Part shown: piece after piece, positions 46,127 to 54,474 of the stretch
How the letters are laid out: every line of letters starts with the position of its first letter
Numbering within the stretch: position 1 is the first letter of the stretch
Source of the DNA: a bacterium
GTDB taxonomy: Bacteria > Actinomycetota > Acidimicrobiia > Spongiisociales > Spongiisociaceae
Assembly: GCA_028821575.1 (NCBI GenBank)
Contig: JAPPFW010000073.1
Location: forward strand, 11,434 to 75,433
Direction: 5' to 3'
DNA length: 64,000 bases
Program-made: the position numbers and the translations under genes
The notes under the pieces: generated by a model
What the model was told of the DNA's origin: nothing
The model's input: the letters and a program-made list of their open reading frames with translations, nothing else
Database searches by the model: none

Positions 46127-46295
46127 TCACCGGCAGGGTGCGACGCTCACCGTACCGCCAGTCCTGCTACCGCCCAGGGGGTCTGCTATGTGTTGAATGG
46201 TCGCCTGTACGAGGGAACGTGCGCCTGTCTGTGGAAGAGAGAACGTCAGGCTGGGACCGAGCCGTCTTGCCGACCTGGTCGGTGACCAACCGACC

Positions 46296-47399
46296 CTACT
46301 GGTACACCGCCATCGGATCCGCGAGAAACTCCGGGTCGGGCTCGGCGCCAAGGCCGGGAGTTGCGGGAGCTCTGGTCATGCCGCCGAGGTTGCGGGCTCC
46401 TCCGATGATCGGGTCCACTGTGATCATCTCGTGGCAGAACCAGGTGCCCCGCCGGTACCGAGCCGGCGTCGACTGGGCGAGATGGACCGCGCCGGTGTCG
46501 GCCAAGGCGGTGCCGCCGGTGTCCTCGATGTTCAGTATCAGGCCCGTTTGAACGCAGAAGTCGCGTATCCGCCTGGCCTTGGTCAAGCCGCCCACCCGGT
46601 TCGGCTTGAGACCGATCCCCTCGCAGGCCCGGTCCCGGTGCGCCCGTAACAGGTCGCCGTAGGTGTGGATGATCTCGTCGAGGATGATGGGTTGGCGGGT
46701 AGCGCGCCGGACCTGGAAGGACTCTTCGTAGGTATCGCAGGGCTCCTCGAAGTAGGCGTCGACCGCCTCCGTCGCACGCATCACCCGGATCGCCCGGTCG
46801 GGTGTCCAGGCACGGTTGGCGTCGATAGTCAGGGAACATCCTGGCGGCATCCGTTCTGCCAGGTACTCGATACGCTCGATGTCCGACGCAACGTCCGATC
46901 CGACCTTGGCCGAGTGGATGGTGTAGCCCATGGCGTGGTATCGCTCGATGGTCCTCAACATCTCCGGAGGGTCGTCGCTGGGGATGGAGGACTGGATCGC
47001 CACCGCGCCGGGTCTGCGGCCCCCGAGCAGATCGCAAACGGGCAGGCCGGTGGCCTTCCCAAGGATGTCCCAGCAGGCAATGTCGACTGGCGACTTCACG
47101 TAGGGATGCCCCGGCAGAGCGATGTCCATCGCCGAGTTGACCACCTCGGTTCGCCGCGGGTCCTGCCCGAGCAGGACCGGCGCCAGTTCCTCGATGCCGG
47201 CGCGTATCCCCCTGGCAAAGGCGGGCAGATATGTCGATCCCCAAGGGCATCCTTCACCCCAGCCGGTTACTCCCTCGTCCGTGTCGAGCCTGATGAAGGT
47301 CGAGTCGAGTTCCTCGAAACGGAGGCGCCCGCCCTGTAGCTCGTAGGGCCGTCGCAGGGGTAGCGTCTGCGCGAAGACAGAGATCCGGACGATCTTCAC
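46296..47399 (-). CDS. enolase-superfamily enzyme (mandelate racemase/muconate lactonizing enzyme family). Racemase, epimerase or dehydratase of unknown substrate
   Basis: 367 aa from the GTG at 47399 (VKIVRISVFAQTLPLRRPYE...), which overlaps the upstream stop as GTGA. Metal-ligand positions TIDANRAW / YFEEPC / ILDEII. The tracked 628-aa ORF is an artefactual extension over the upstream gene. Confidence 0.8.
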   Translation of the reverse strand: MKIVRISVFAQTLPLRRPYELQGGRLRFEELDSTFIRLDTDEGVTGWGEGCPWGSTYLPAFARGIRAGIEELAPVLLGQDPRRTEVVNSAMDIALPGHPYVKSPVDIACWDILGKATGLPVCDLLGGRRPGAVAIQSSIPSDDPPEMLRTIERYHAMGYTIHSAKVGSDVASDIERIEYLAERMPPGCSLTIDANRAWTPDRAIRVMRATEAVDAYFEEPCDTYEESFQVRRATRQPIILDEIIHTYGDLLRAHRDRACEGIGLKPNRVGGLTKARRIRDFCVQTGLILNIEDTGGTALADTGAVHLAQSTPARYRRGTWFCHEMITVDPIIGGARNLGGMTRAPATPGLGAEPDPEFLADPMAVYQ

Positions 47400-48541
47400 G
47401 GGTCCAGCCGGCTGGCCGGGCCGTCCATTGCCGAGCGGGCGTGATCCGGGGGCTTGACCTCGATCACGATGGCTCCCACGTGTTCCTTGCGTAGGAAGGT
47501 GGCTTGCGCCGAGCGGAGCCGGTCCAGCGGGTAGGTGCAGGCCACCACGGGACGGACCTCCCCTCGCTCGATGTAGCCGACAAGGTTGGTGAAGACCCTG
47601 GGTGGCAGCACCGTGCACCCGTGCATCGTGATGTCCCTGAGGTAGAGGATGCGGAGGTCCAGGTCGACCATCGGGCCACCGATCGCGCCCGCCACCGTGT
47701 AATTGCCGCCCCGACGGATGGTGTCGAACAAGGCCGGGAACAGAGGGCCTCCGACTACGTCGGCAAGAGTGTCCACCCCACCCCCGCTGAGATCGAGGAT
47801 CTCGGTCGGCAGCGATGGAGACCCTCTGTCGAGTACATGATCCGCTCCGGTCAACGCCCGGATGTCGGCCGACTTGGAGGGCGATGAGATCCCGATTGTG
47901 GTCGCCCCGCGCCGGCGGGCCAGCTGGATCAGGGCGCTTCCCACCCCTCCCGAAGCACCGGTGACCAGCACGCAATCGCGTTCCTTGACTCCGGCTCGTT
48001 CCAGCATATGCTCTGCGGTCGAGTACGAGCAGGGGAATCCGGCCAGCTCGACATCGGTCAGGCGGCTCCGTACCGGGTGGGCGTTGGCGGCGGGCACCGT
48101 CACGTACTCGGCGTATCCCCCGTCGCGCTCCGAACCGAGGTATCGCGCTCCGGCCAGGTCCCCGTGCGGATCGCGCAGCCACGCATCGATCATCACCCGC
48201 TCACCTACCCGCCCACGATCCACCGATGCTCCCACCTCGGATATCCGCCCGACCGGATCAGCGCCCTGGATGCGCGGGAACGTGACGGCTCCCGTCCACG
48301 AACCGTCCGTGTCCGTGGTTGCGGTCTCTTCCCCGGTGGCGGTGTTGACCGACCTCGAGTACCAACCGATCCTGGTATTGATGTCCGTGTTGTTCATCCC
48401 GCACGCGCCCACCTCCACCAGCACCTCCTCCGGTCCCGGGGTGGGGATCGGAGCGTTGGTGACGTATTCCAGTTGGTCCAGACCTCCATGGCCTCTCAGC
48501 ACGACGGCGCTCATCCGACCGCGATGCCGCCTCAAGGTCAT
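47396..48541 (-). CDS. zinc-type/MDR-superfamily NAD(P)-dependent oxidoreductase
   Basis: 381 aa. VLVEVGACGMNNTD (catalytic domain) and VLVTGASGGVGSALIQLA (Rossmann). ATGA overlap with the upstream aminotransferase stop. Confidence 0.8.
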   Translation of the reverse strand: MTLRRHRGRMSAVVLRGHGGLDQLEYVTNAPIPTPGPEEVLVEVGACGMNNTDINTRIGWYSRSVNTATGEETATTDTDGSWTGAVTFPRIQGADPVGRISEVGASVDRGRVGERVMIDAWLRDPHGDLAGARYLGSERDGGYAEYVTVPAANAHPVRSRLTDVELAGFPCSYSTAEHMLERAGVKERDCVLVTGASGGVGSALIQLARRRGATTIGISSPSKSADIRALTGADHVLDRGSPSLPTEILDLSGGGVDTLADVVGGPLFPALFDTIRRGGNYTVAGAIGGPMVDLDLRILYLRDITMHGCTVLPPRVFTNLVGYIERGEVRPVVACTYPLDRLRSAQATFLRKEHVGAIVIEVKPPDHARSAMDGPASRLDP

Positions 48542-49875
48542 CCGCCGTCCCCCGCGCCCGGCCCGGACCCCCTGCCCTGCCCTCCGCCGAGTTGGCGGCA
48601 GGTGCGGTCCAGAGCCCGGGCTGTGGTGTCGAAGTGATCATCCGAGTGGGCCAGGCTCACGAAGCGCCGCAGCCCGGGTATGACGTTGATCCGGTTAGCG
48701 ACCAACGCCCGGTCGAGTTCGAGGTTGGCGGGCTGATCGGATTCCAAGAGATCTGCGTAGCGCTCCGGAGGTCGATCGATGTGGAGGATCTGCCACAGGG
48801 AACCGGCTGTCGCCACCAGGGCCCGGCGGCCGTGGGCGGCGAGCACCCGGGTCATCCGGCTGGACAGACGCTGCGCCCGGTCGGCCAGATCTTTGTAGAC
48901 GCCCGGTCGGCGGAGTTGTTCCAGTGTGGCCAGCCCGGCGGCCGCGGCCAGGGGGTTGCCGTGGAAGGTTCCCGAGGTGTACACGAACCGAGGGGTTCCC
49001 TTCAAGCGGGGGCTGGTCCGGTCGATGAGATCCGCCCGGCCTGCGACGCATGACAGCGAGCCACCTCCGCCGATGACCTTGCCGAAGGCGGCGAGGTCCG
49101 GAGTAACGCCGAAGTAGCCCTGGGCGCCCTGGTAGGACAGCCGGAAGCCGGTTACCACCTCGTCGAATATCAGGAGCAGTCCGTGCCGGTCGCAGAACCT
49201 GCGGAGACCTTCGAGGAATCCGGGTAGGGGCCGGATGATCCGCTGCACAGGCTCGACGATGATCCCTGCGACCCGGTCCACCACGGGGATCACCAGTCGT
49301 TCGAGTGCCTCCAGGTCGTTATAGGGGACCACCAGCACGGTGTCCCTCACCGCTCCGGGGGTGCCGGCAGTGAAGGGGCGGCCGGCTGGATAGTCGGCTG
49401 TGGTCGGGGCGGCCACTGCGATCCCGGCGTAGTCATGGTTGCCGTGGAATCCTCCCTCGAACTTGACGATCAGGTCACGCCCGGTAACTGCTCGTGCCAG
49501 ACGGAGGGAGTACGCGGTGGCCTCGGAACCCGTGGTGGCGAAGACTATGCGCTCTGCACACGGGATGGCGTCGACCAGTTGAGAGGCCAGTTCTATGGCC
49601 ACGTCGGTCAGGGTTCCGTACTGGTGCATGGTGCGTCCTGCCTGCCTGACGACGGCCTCCACCACCGCCGGATGCTGGTGCCCCAGGATGAGTGCCCCCG
49701 CACCGGTGACGTAGTCCAGGTAGCGGTTGCCGTCGGTGTCGGTTATGTACGCACCCGACGCGGAGGCAACGGCGAAGCGGGGGCCTGCCAGGTTGGTGTT
49801 GGCACCCAGTGCTCCGCCGGGAAGTAACGACTCCGCCCGGGCCGGGTCGGTCGGAGACCGGAGCCGCGCGTTCAT
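48538..49875 (-). CDS. class-III (omega/GSA-aminomutase-like) PLP-dependent aminotransferase
   Basis: 445 aa from the ATG at 49875 (MNARLRSPT...), with ATGA overlap with the upstream gene. Motifs YLDYVTGAGALILGH, FDEVVTGFR and the PLP-lysine context AAFGKVIGGG. The tracked 644-aa ORF is over-extended. Confidence 0.8.
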   Translation of the reverse strand: MNARLRSPTDPARAESLLPGGALGANTNLAGPRFAVASASGAYITDTDGNRYLDYVTGAGALILGHQHPAVVEAVVRQAGRTMHQYGTLTDVAIELASQLVDAIPCAERIVFATTGSEATAYSLRLARAVTGRDLIVKFEGGFHGNHDYAGIAVAAPTTADYPAGRPFTAGTPGAVRDTVLVVPYNDLEALERLVIPVVDRVAGIIVEPVQRIIRPLPGFLEGLRRFCDRHGLLLIFDEVVTGFRLSYQGAQGYFGVTPDLAAFGKVIGGGGSLSCVAGRADLIDRTSPRLKGTPRFVYTSGTFHGNPLAAAAGLATLEQLRRPGVYKDLADRAQRLSSRMTRVLAAHGRRALVATAGSLWQILHIDRPPERYADLLESDQPANLELDRALVANRINVIPGLRRFVSLAHSDDHFDTTARALDRTCRQLGGGQGRGSGPGAGDGG

Positions 49876-52328
49876 CTGCGGGGCCTCACCGAGTCCGGGT
49901 CCCATACGGGACCGTCCAGGACCTTCGCCGGGGCGAGCCTGCCCAGCACCATCACCTCGAGGCAGGTTCCCGGAACGTCGAGTCCGGGATCCACGTACGC
50001 CCACGCAAGGCTGCGGCCCGTGGCGTGTCCGTAGCCGGTCGTGGTCACCACCCCTACTCTTCTGCCGTCCATGAAGACACCTTCCCCGCCGAGTGGATCC
50101 ACATCCGTAACATCCACGTCCAGTAAAGCTAGCTTCCATCGGGGCCTGCACATGCTGGCAACGAGGGCCTCGTAGCCGATGTAGCCCTTCTTGACCGGAT
50201 CGACGAACCTCATCAAACCGGCCTCGTACGCGCTCACCTCCTGGGTCATGTCTCCGGAGACCCGGTATGCCTTCTCCATCCGCATGGAGTTGAGAGCGAG
50301 CGATCCGAATACCCCCAGTCCGAGCGTTGCGCCCGAGTCGGCGACAGCATCGAACACGGTGGGCAGGTCCTCCATCGGCATGTGGAGTTCCCAACCGAGT
50401 TCCCCGGTGAAGGACAGGCGCAGAGCGAGGGCCCGCGCTGTGGCGATGTCGACCGATCGCGCCGACAGCCATCCTCCGCCGGTGTTAGACAGGTCGGCGC
50501 CGGTGAGCGGTTGGAGCACTTCCCGGCTCCTTGGTCCTGCCACCGCCAGTACGCCCAGATCGGACGAGCGATTGGCGATCCTCACCCTTTCCGGGCCCTC
50601 CGGGCCGGCATCCCGGCCCTCCCGGCCGTCGAGAACGTGGGAACGCATCCAATCGAGGAACCGTACTTCCCCGACCGCGGCGCCCACCAGGTAGAAGCGA
50701 TCCTCCGCCAGGCGGGTGGCGGTGAACTCGGCCTCCACCATCCCCTGCTCGGTGAGCATGTAGACGAGGCCGATCCGACCCGGTTGAGGCAGGCGGCCCG
50801 GTGTGAGGCGGTCGAGGAATGAGGCGGCATCGGCGCCTGTCACCTCGAACTTGGAGAAGGCGGTCAGGTCGGCCACTCCGGCCCGTTGCCGCACCGCCCT
50901 GACCTCTCCGGCCACGGCGGCGAACCAGCGAGCTCTGCGGAACGAGTGGTGATGTCGAGCGGCTTCCCCGTAGGTGGCGAACCAGCGGGGTCGCTCCCAC
51001 CCGAAGACCTCCTCGAACACCGCACCGCGCCGAGCCATCCGGTGATGGAGGGTCGAAGTCTTGTGAGGGCGCCCGGCGGGACGGTCCAGGTCGGGAAACG
51101 GGACCTCGTGCCGCAGCAGGTAGTCCTCGTGGGCCTTGGTCCGGTTGTAGTCGGGTGTTGCGAACTCGCCGAACCGGGAAGGATCGAAGGCGCGCAAGTT
51201 GAGGGTGGGGGCGCCCCGCACCATCCAGATGGCGAGCTGTCGCGTGGCGCCCGGACCCCAGGAGATGCCGACCTGGCTTCCGGTGCAGTACCAGTAGTTG
51301 GCGAGGCCGGGCGCCGGGCCGAGCAGCATGTTGCCGTCGGGGGGATGGGTGATCGCCCCGTGGATCTCCTTGACGATGCCGGCGTCTGCCAGTACCGGGA
51401 CCCGCTCGAAGGCCGCTTCTAGCCACGGCGCCACCCGGTCGTACTCGGGGGCGAACAGGTGATGGTCTGCATCCCAAGGAGTGCCGTTCTCCCACACCGA
51501 GCGCGGATCCGCCTTCTCGTAGATGCCGATGAGACCCGCCCGCCTCTCCATCCGGATGTATCCCGACACGTGGGTGTCCTCGCGCAGCACGGGGAGTTCC
51601 CTGTCCAGGTCGGCGAAGGCCGGAACCTCCTCCGTCACGAAGTACTGGTGGGTCATGGGAATGATCGGCAGGTCCACGGAGGGTCCGGCCCAAGCAGCCA
51701 CCTGGCGGGCGTACGTGCCGGCGGCGTTGACCACCCGGTCACAGACGTACGATCCCGCCTCGGTCTCCACCCTCCAACGACCGTCGGGCAAGGCGACCGT
51801 TCCGGTGACCCTGGTGTTGCGCCTGATGGTGGCCCCTCTCATGCGGGCGCCTTCCGCGAAGGCGAATACCGCCCCGGCCGGATCCACATGACCGTCGTCC
51901 GGCGTGTGGAGGGCGCCGAGCACACCATCGAGGTTGCACAAGGGATGGAGTTCAGCGATCCGCTCGGGATCGACCGATTCCATGCGGTTTCCCACCCCGC
52001 GGCCCACCGAAACCGTGTAGTTCAGCCAGTCCATCTCGTCCTCCCGGACGGCCAGGCGCAACGAACCGGGCTGGTGCCAGCTCACCGACCGGCCGGTCTC
52101 CGCTTCCAGCTCTGCGTACTTGCGGGTTCCGTATCCGGTCATCCACGCCAGGCCGTAGCTCGAGGTCGAATGGGTTATCTGGCCGGCGGCGTGCCAAGTC
52201 GATCCCGAGGCCAGTTCTCCCTTCTCCAGTAGCAGGCAGTCGTTCCAGCCCTCGGCTGCCAGGTGGTACAGGAGCGAGACCCCCATGATTCCCCCTCCGA
52301 TGATGACCACCCGGGCGTCAGGGGTCAT
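49872..52328 (-). CDS. dimethylglycine/sarcosine dehydrogenase-family flavoenzyme with GcvT-like domain, paralog 2
   Basis: 818 aa. VVIIGGGIMG, SGSTWHAAG, C-terminal LSFTGELGWELH. First gene of a four-gene overlapping operon. Confidence 0.85.
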   Translation of the reverse strand: MTPDARVVIIGGGIMGVSLLYHLAAEGWNDCLLLEKGELASGSTWHAAGQITHSTSSYGLAWMTGYGTRKYAELEAETGRSVSWHQPGSLRLAVREDEMDWLNYTVSVGRGVGNRMESVDPERIAELHPLCNLDGVLGALHTPDDGHVDPAGAVFAFAEGARMRGATIRRNTRVTGTVALPDGRWRVETEAGSYVCDRVVNAAGTYARQVAAWAGPSVDLPIIPMTHQYFVTEEVPAFADLDRELPVLREDTHVSGYIRMERRAGLIGIYEKADPRSVWENGTPWDADHHLFAPEYDRVAPWLEAAFERVPVLADAGIVKEIHGAITHPPDGNMLLGPAPGLANYWYCTGSQVGISWGPGATRQLAIWMVRGAPTLNLRAFDPSRFGEFATPDYNRTKAHEDYLLRHEVPFPDLDRPAGRPHKTSTLHHRMARRGAVFEEVFGWERPRWFATYGEAARHHHSFRRARWFAAVAGEVRAVRQRAGVADLTAFSKFEVTGADAASFLDRLTPGRLPQPGRIGLVYMLTEQGMVEAEFTATRLAEDRFYLVGAAVGEVRFLDWMRSHVLDGREGRDAGPEGPERVRIANRSSDLGVLAVAGPRSREVLQPLTGADLSNTGGGWLSARSVDIATARALALRLSFTGELGWELHMPMEDLPTVFDAVADSGATLGLGVFGSLALNSMRMEKAYRVSGDMTQEVSAYEAGLMRFVDPVKKGYIGYEALVASMCRPRWKLALLDVDVTDVDPLGGEGVFMDGRRVGVVTTTGYGHATGRSLAWAYVDPGLDVPGTCLEVMVLGRLAPAKVLDGPVWDPDSVRPRR

Positions 52329-52390
52329 GCCTGGTCCGTATGCCGGGAACGCGGCCGGCGACAGGTTGCGTGGGACCGGAAGGGCGGTCT

Positions 52391-52434
52391 GGTACGCTTG
52401 TACGGATAATCATGATGAATCGTACAACTGTACC
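52391..52434. promoter_or_regulatory. 44-bp palindromic element in the dmgdh2/rpiR divergent region (putative operator)
   Basis: GGTACGCTTGTACG (52391-52404) and CGTACAACTGTACC (52421-52434) match at 12 of 14 as inverted repeats. The inner 7 bp are perfect (TTGTACG/CGTACAA). They flank an AT-rich core GATAATCATGATGAAT. Confidence 0.5.
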
Positions 52435-53326
52435 AAACCCTGACTCCGGTCTCGACATGCTCCTGGAGCACATGAGTTCGGTGATCGGCGGTATGGCCCC
52501 GCAGGTCCGAAAGGCGACCGCGTTCGTGCTCGACAACCCTGAAGAGGTCGGGTTCGCCACCGTGCGGGAGCTGGCTGGGTTGGCGGGCGTGCACCCCAAC
52601 ACCATGGTCCGCATGGCCCGGGTGGTGGGCTTCGAGGGCTTCGAGGACTTTCGCGAACGGTTCCGCACCGAGATGCGGAACCGAAGCTCGTTCCACGACC
52701 GGGCCGTGTCGCTGCAGCTGATCTCGTCGGGTGAGCGGCTTCCCGCCCTCTACGGGGAGATAGCGACGGTCACGCTCCACAATCTGGAACGTATGTTCGG
52801 CACTACCTCCGCCGCGGAGATGCAGGCGATCGCCGATCACATCGTGTGTTCGCGGCGTACCTACGTCATCGGGGTCGGCGCCAACTACGCGCTGGCTCAC
52901 AACTTCGCCTATCTGGCCGGTATGGCCGTGGACAACGTGGTGGCGGTACCCGGCGACGGGAACGTGCCGATGGACGGTGTCGTGAAGGCCGGGTCCGCCG
53001 ACGTGGTGGTGGCCATGACCTTCGCCCCCTACCGGGCGGAGGTCGTGGAGGCAACCGGCGCCGCTCGCCGGCAGGGAGCCCGGGTGGTGGGCATCACCGA
53101 CAGTCACGGCTCACCCCTCGCGCTCGACGCGGACCATCTGATCCTCGCCCCGAGCGCCACCCCGCAGTTCTTCCCCTCCACGCTGGCGGCGGCCGCTGCG
53201 CTCGAGACGCTGGTCTCGTTCATCGTGGCCGACGCCCCTCCGGAGGTGGTAGCCGCCATCGACCTCATGCACCAACGTAGATACGATCTCGGTGTGTACT
53301 GGAAACCAGAACGTGGAAACCACTGA
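52412..53326 (+). CDS. RpiR/MurR-family transcriptional regulator (HTH_6 plus SIS domain)
   Basis: ...VRKATAFVLDNPEEVGFATVRELAGLAGVHPNTMVRMARVVGFEGFEDF is an RpiR-type HTH, followed by a SIS-like region (YVIGVGANYALA). The start is ambiguous: 52412, 52415 or 52457 (MLLEH..., which best matches the E. coli RpiR N-terminus from memory). The tracked start at 52340 is unlikely. Confidence 0.75.
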   Translation: MMNRTTVPNPDSGLDMLLEHMSSVIGGMAPQVRKATAFVLDNPEEVGFATVRELAGLAGVHPNTMVRMARVVGFEGFEDFRERFRTEMRNRSSFHDRAVSLQLISSGERLPALYGEIATVTLHNLERMFGTTSAAEMQAIADHIVCSRRTYVIGVGANYALAHNFAYLAGMAVDNVVAVPGDGNVPMDGVVKAGSADVVVAMTFAPYRAEVVEATGAARRQGARVVGITDSHGSPLALDADHLILAPSATPQFFPSTLAAAAALETLVSFIVADAPPEVVAAIDLMHQRRYDLGVYWKPERGNH

Positions 53327-54416
53327 CTGCTCCGCCTACACCCGACCCCAGCGGGTCATGGATCCGCACGTCTACCTCGATGCGGATCTGTTCGCCCGCG
53401 AGCAGCGAAGCGTCCTCTCGGCCACCTGGCAGTACGCCTGCCACAGGTCGGATCTCGGACGGCCGGGAAGCTATGTCACGTTCGAGATAGCCGGGGAGTC
53501 GCTCTTCACGGTCAGGGACCGGCGAGGGACGATCCGCACGTTCTACAACGTCTGCATGCATCGCGGCCACCGTCTGCTCGAAGGCCGGGGCGCCCGCCCT
53601 AAGCTGGTCTGTCCCTACCATTCCTGGACCTACCGCTTGGACGGGCGCCTCGACCATGCACCGTACGCGGAGGGGCGGCCCGGATTCGAGCCTGGTGGGA
53701 TATGCCTCACCGAGGTTCCGACGGAGGATCTGTGGGGTTTCCTGTTCGTGAACCTCGACTGCGACGCGGCCTCGATGGATGTGGCCTATCCCGGCGTTCG
53801 GGGGTCGCTCCGTGAGTTCCTCCCTTCAATCGAACGGATGCGACCGCTCGAACGTCGGTGGTTCACTGCCGAGTCGAACTGGAAGGTAGCGATCGAGAAC
53901 TACAACGAGTGCTACCACTGCCGAACCGCTCATCCGTCTTTCTCCAGGGGAGTGGTGCTACCGGACACCTATACGATCCGGCCGGTCGGCCGATCCCTGC
54001 AGCACCGGGCCGAGAGTTCTCCCGAGCAGTACTACGAGATCGACCACCAAGCCTCCCCGCACGCCGCCGACTACCGGTCCTTCTACCTGTGGCCGCTGTT
54101 CTCGTTCCAGATCTATCCCGGGCCGGTGTTGAACACCTTCTGCTGGCGGCCCGAGACGGTGGACCGGACTGTATTCTTCCGCGAGTGGTTCAGCGTCGAC
54201 GGGGAAGACTCGCCGACCGTTCGCCGTGTGGCTGAGGAGGACGCCCGCACCACGGTGGCAGAGGATCTGGCCCTGATGCGTTCGGTGCAGGGGGGTCTTT
54301 CGAGCCGGGGCTACCGTCCGGGCCCCCTGGTCATCGACCCCGACATGGGCCTCAACAGCGAGCACACCGTGGCCGCGATCAAGGCCTGGTACCAGGACGC
54401 GATGGGGGACGTCTAG
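53292..54416 (+). CDS. Rieske [2Fe-2S] non-heme-iron oxygenase alpha subunit (candidate N- or O-demethylase)
   Basis: Rieske motif CMHRGH...CPYHSW. Mononuclear-iron motif NECYHCRTAHP. Start is 53292 (overlaps the rpiR end) or the ATG at 53358. No cognate reductase or ferredoxin gene is adjacent. Confidence 0.8.
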   Translation: MCTGNQNVETTDCSAYTRPQRVMDPHVYLDADLFAREQRSVLSATWQYACHRSDLGRPGSYVTFEIAGESLFTVRDRRGTIRTFYNVCMHRGHRLLEGRGARPKLVCPYHSWTYRLDGRLDHAPYAEGRPGFEPGGICLTEVPTEDLWGFLFVNLDCDAASMDVAYPGVRGSLREFLPSIERMRPLERRWFTAESNWKVAIENYNECYHCRTAHPSFSRGVVLPDTYTIRPVGRSLQHRAESSPEQYYEIDHQASPHAADYRSFYLWPLFSFQIYPGPVLNTFCWRPETVDRTVFFREWFSVDGEDSPTVRRVAEEDARTTVAEDLALMRSVQGGLSSRGYRPGPLVIDPDMGLNSEHTVAAIKAWYQDAMGDV

Positions 54417-54417
54417 G

Positions 54418-54471
54418 GGTCAGTGGTCAGTTGTCAGCGTAATCCAATGGCCACAAGCCACAAGCCACAAG
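54418..54471. repeat. intergenic heptad repeats: GGTCAGTGGTCAGTTGTCAG (reverse complement of CTGACAA-CTGACCA-CTGACC) followed by CCACAAG x3
   Basis: 54418-54433 is the exact reverse complement of 45548-45563. 54451-54471 is ccacaag ccacaag ccacaag. Located between the convergent Rieske and etfA stops. Confidence 0.7.
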
Positions 54472-54474
54472 CCC

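Noticed and set aside
53292-54416. Calling the Rieske oxygenase GbcA (glycine betaine monooxygenase), Stc2 or CntA specifically.
   Set aside because: Only the generic Rieske and mononuclear-iron motifs can be seen. The protein is shorter than I recall for GbcA, and no GbcB-type reductase is adjacent. Specific assignment needs a homology search.
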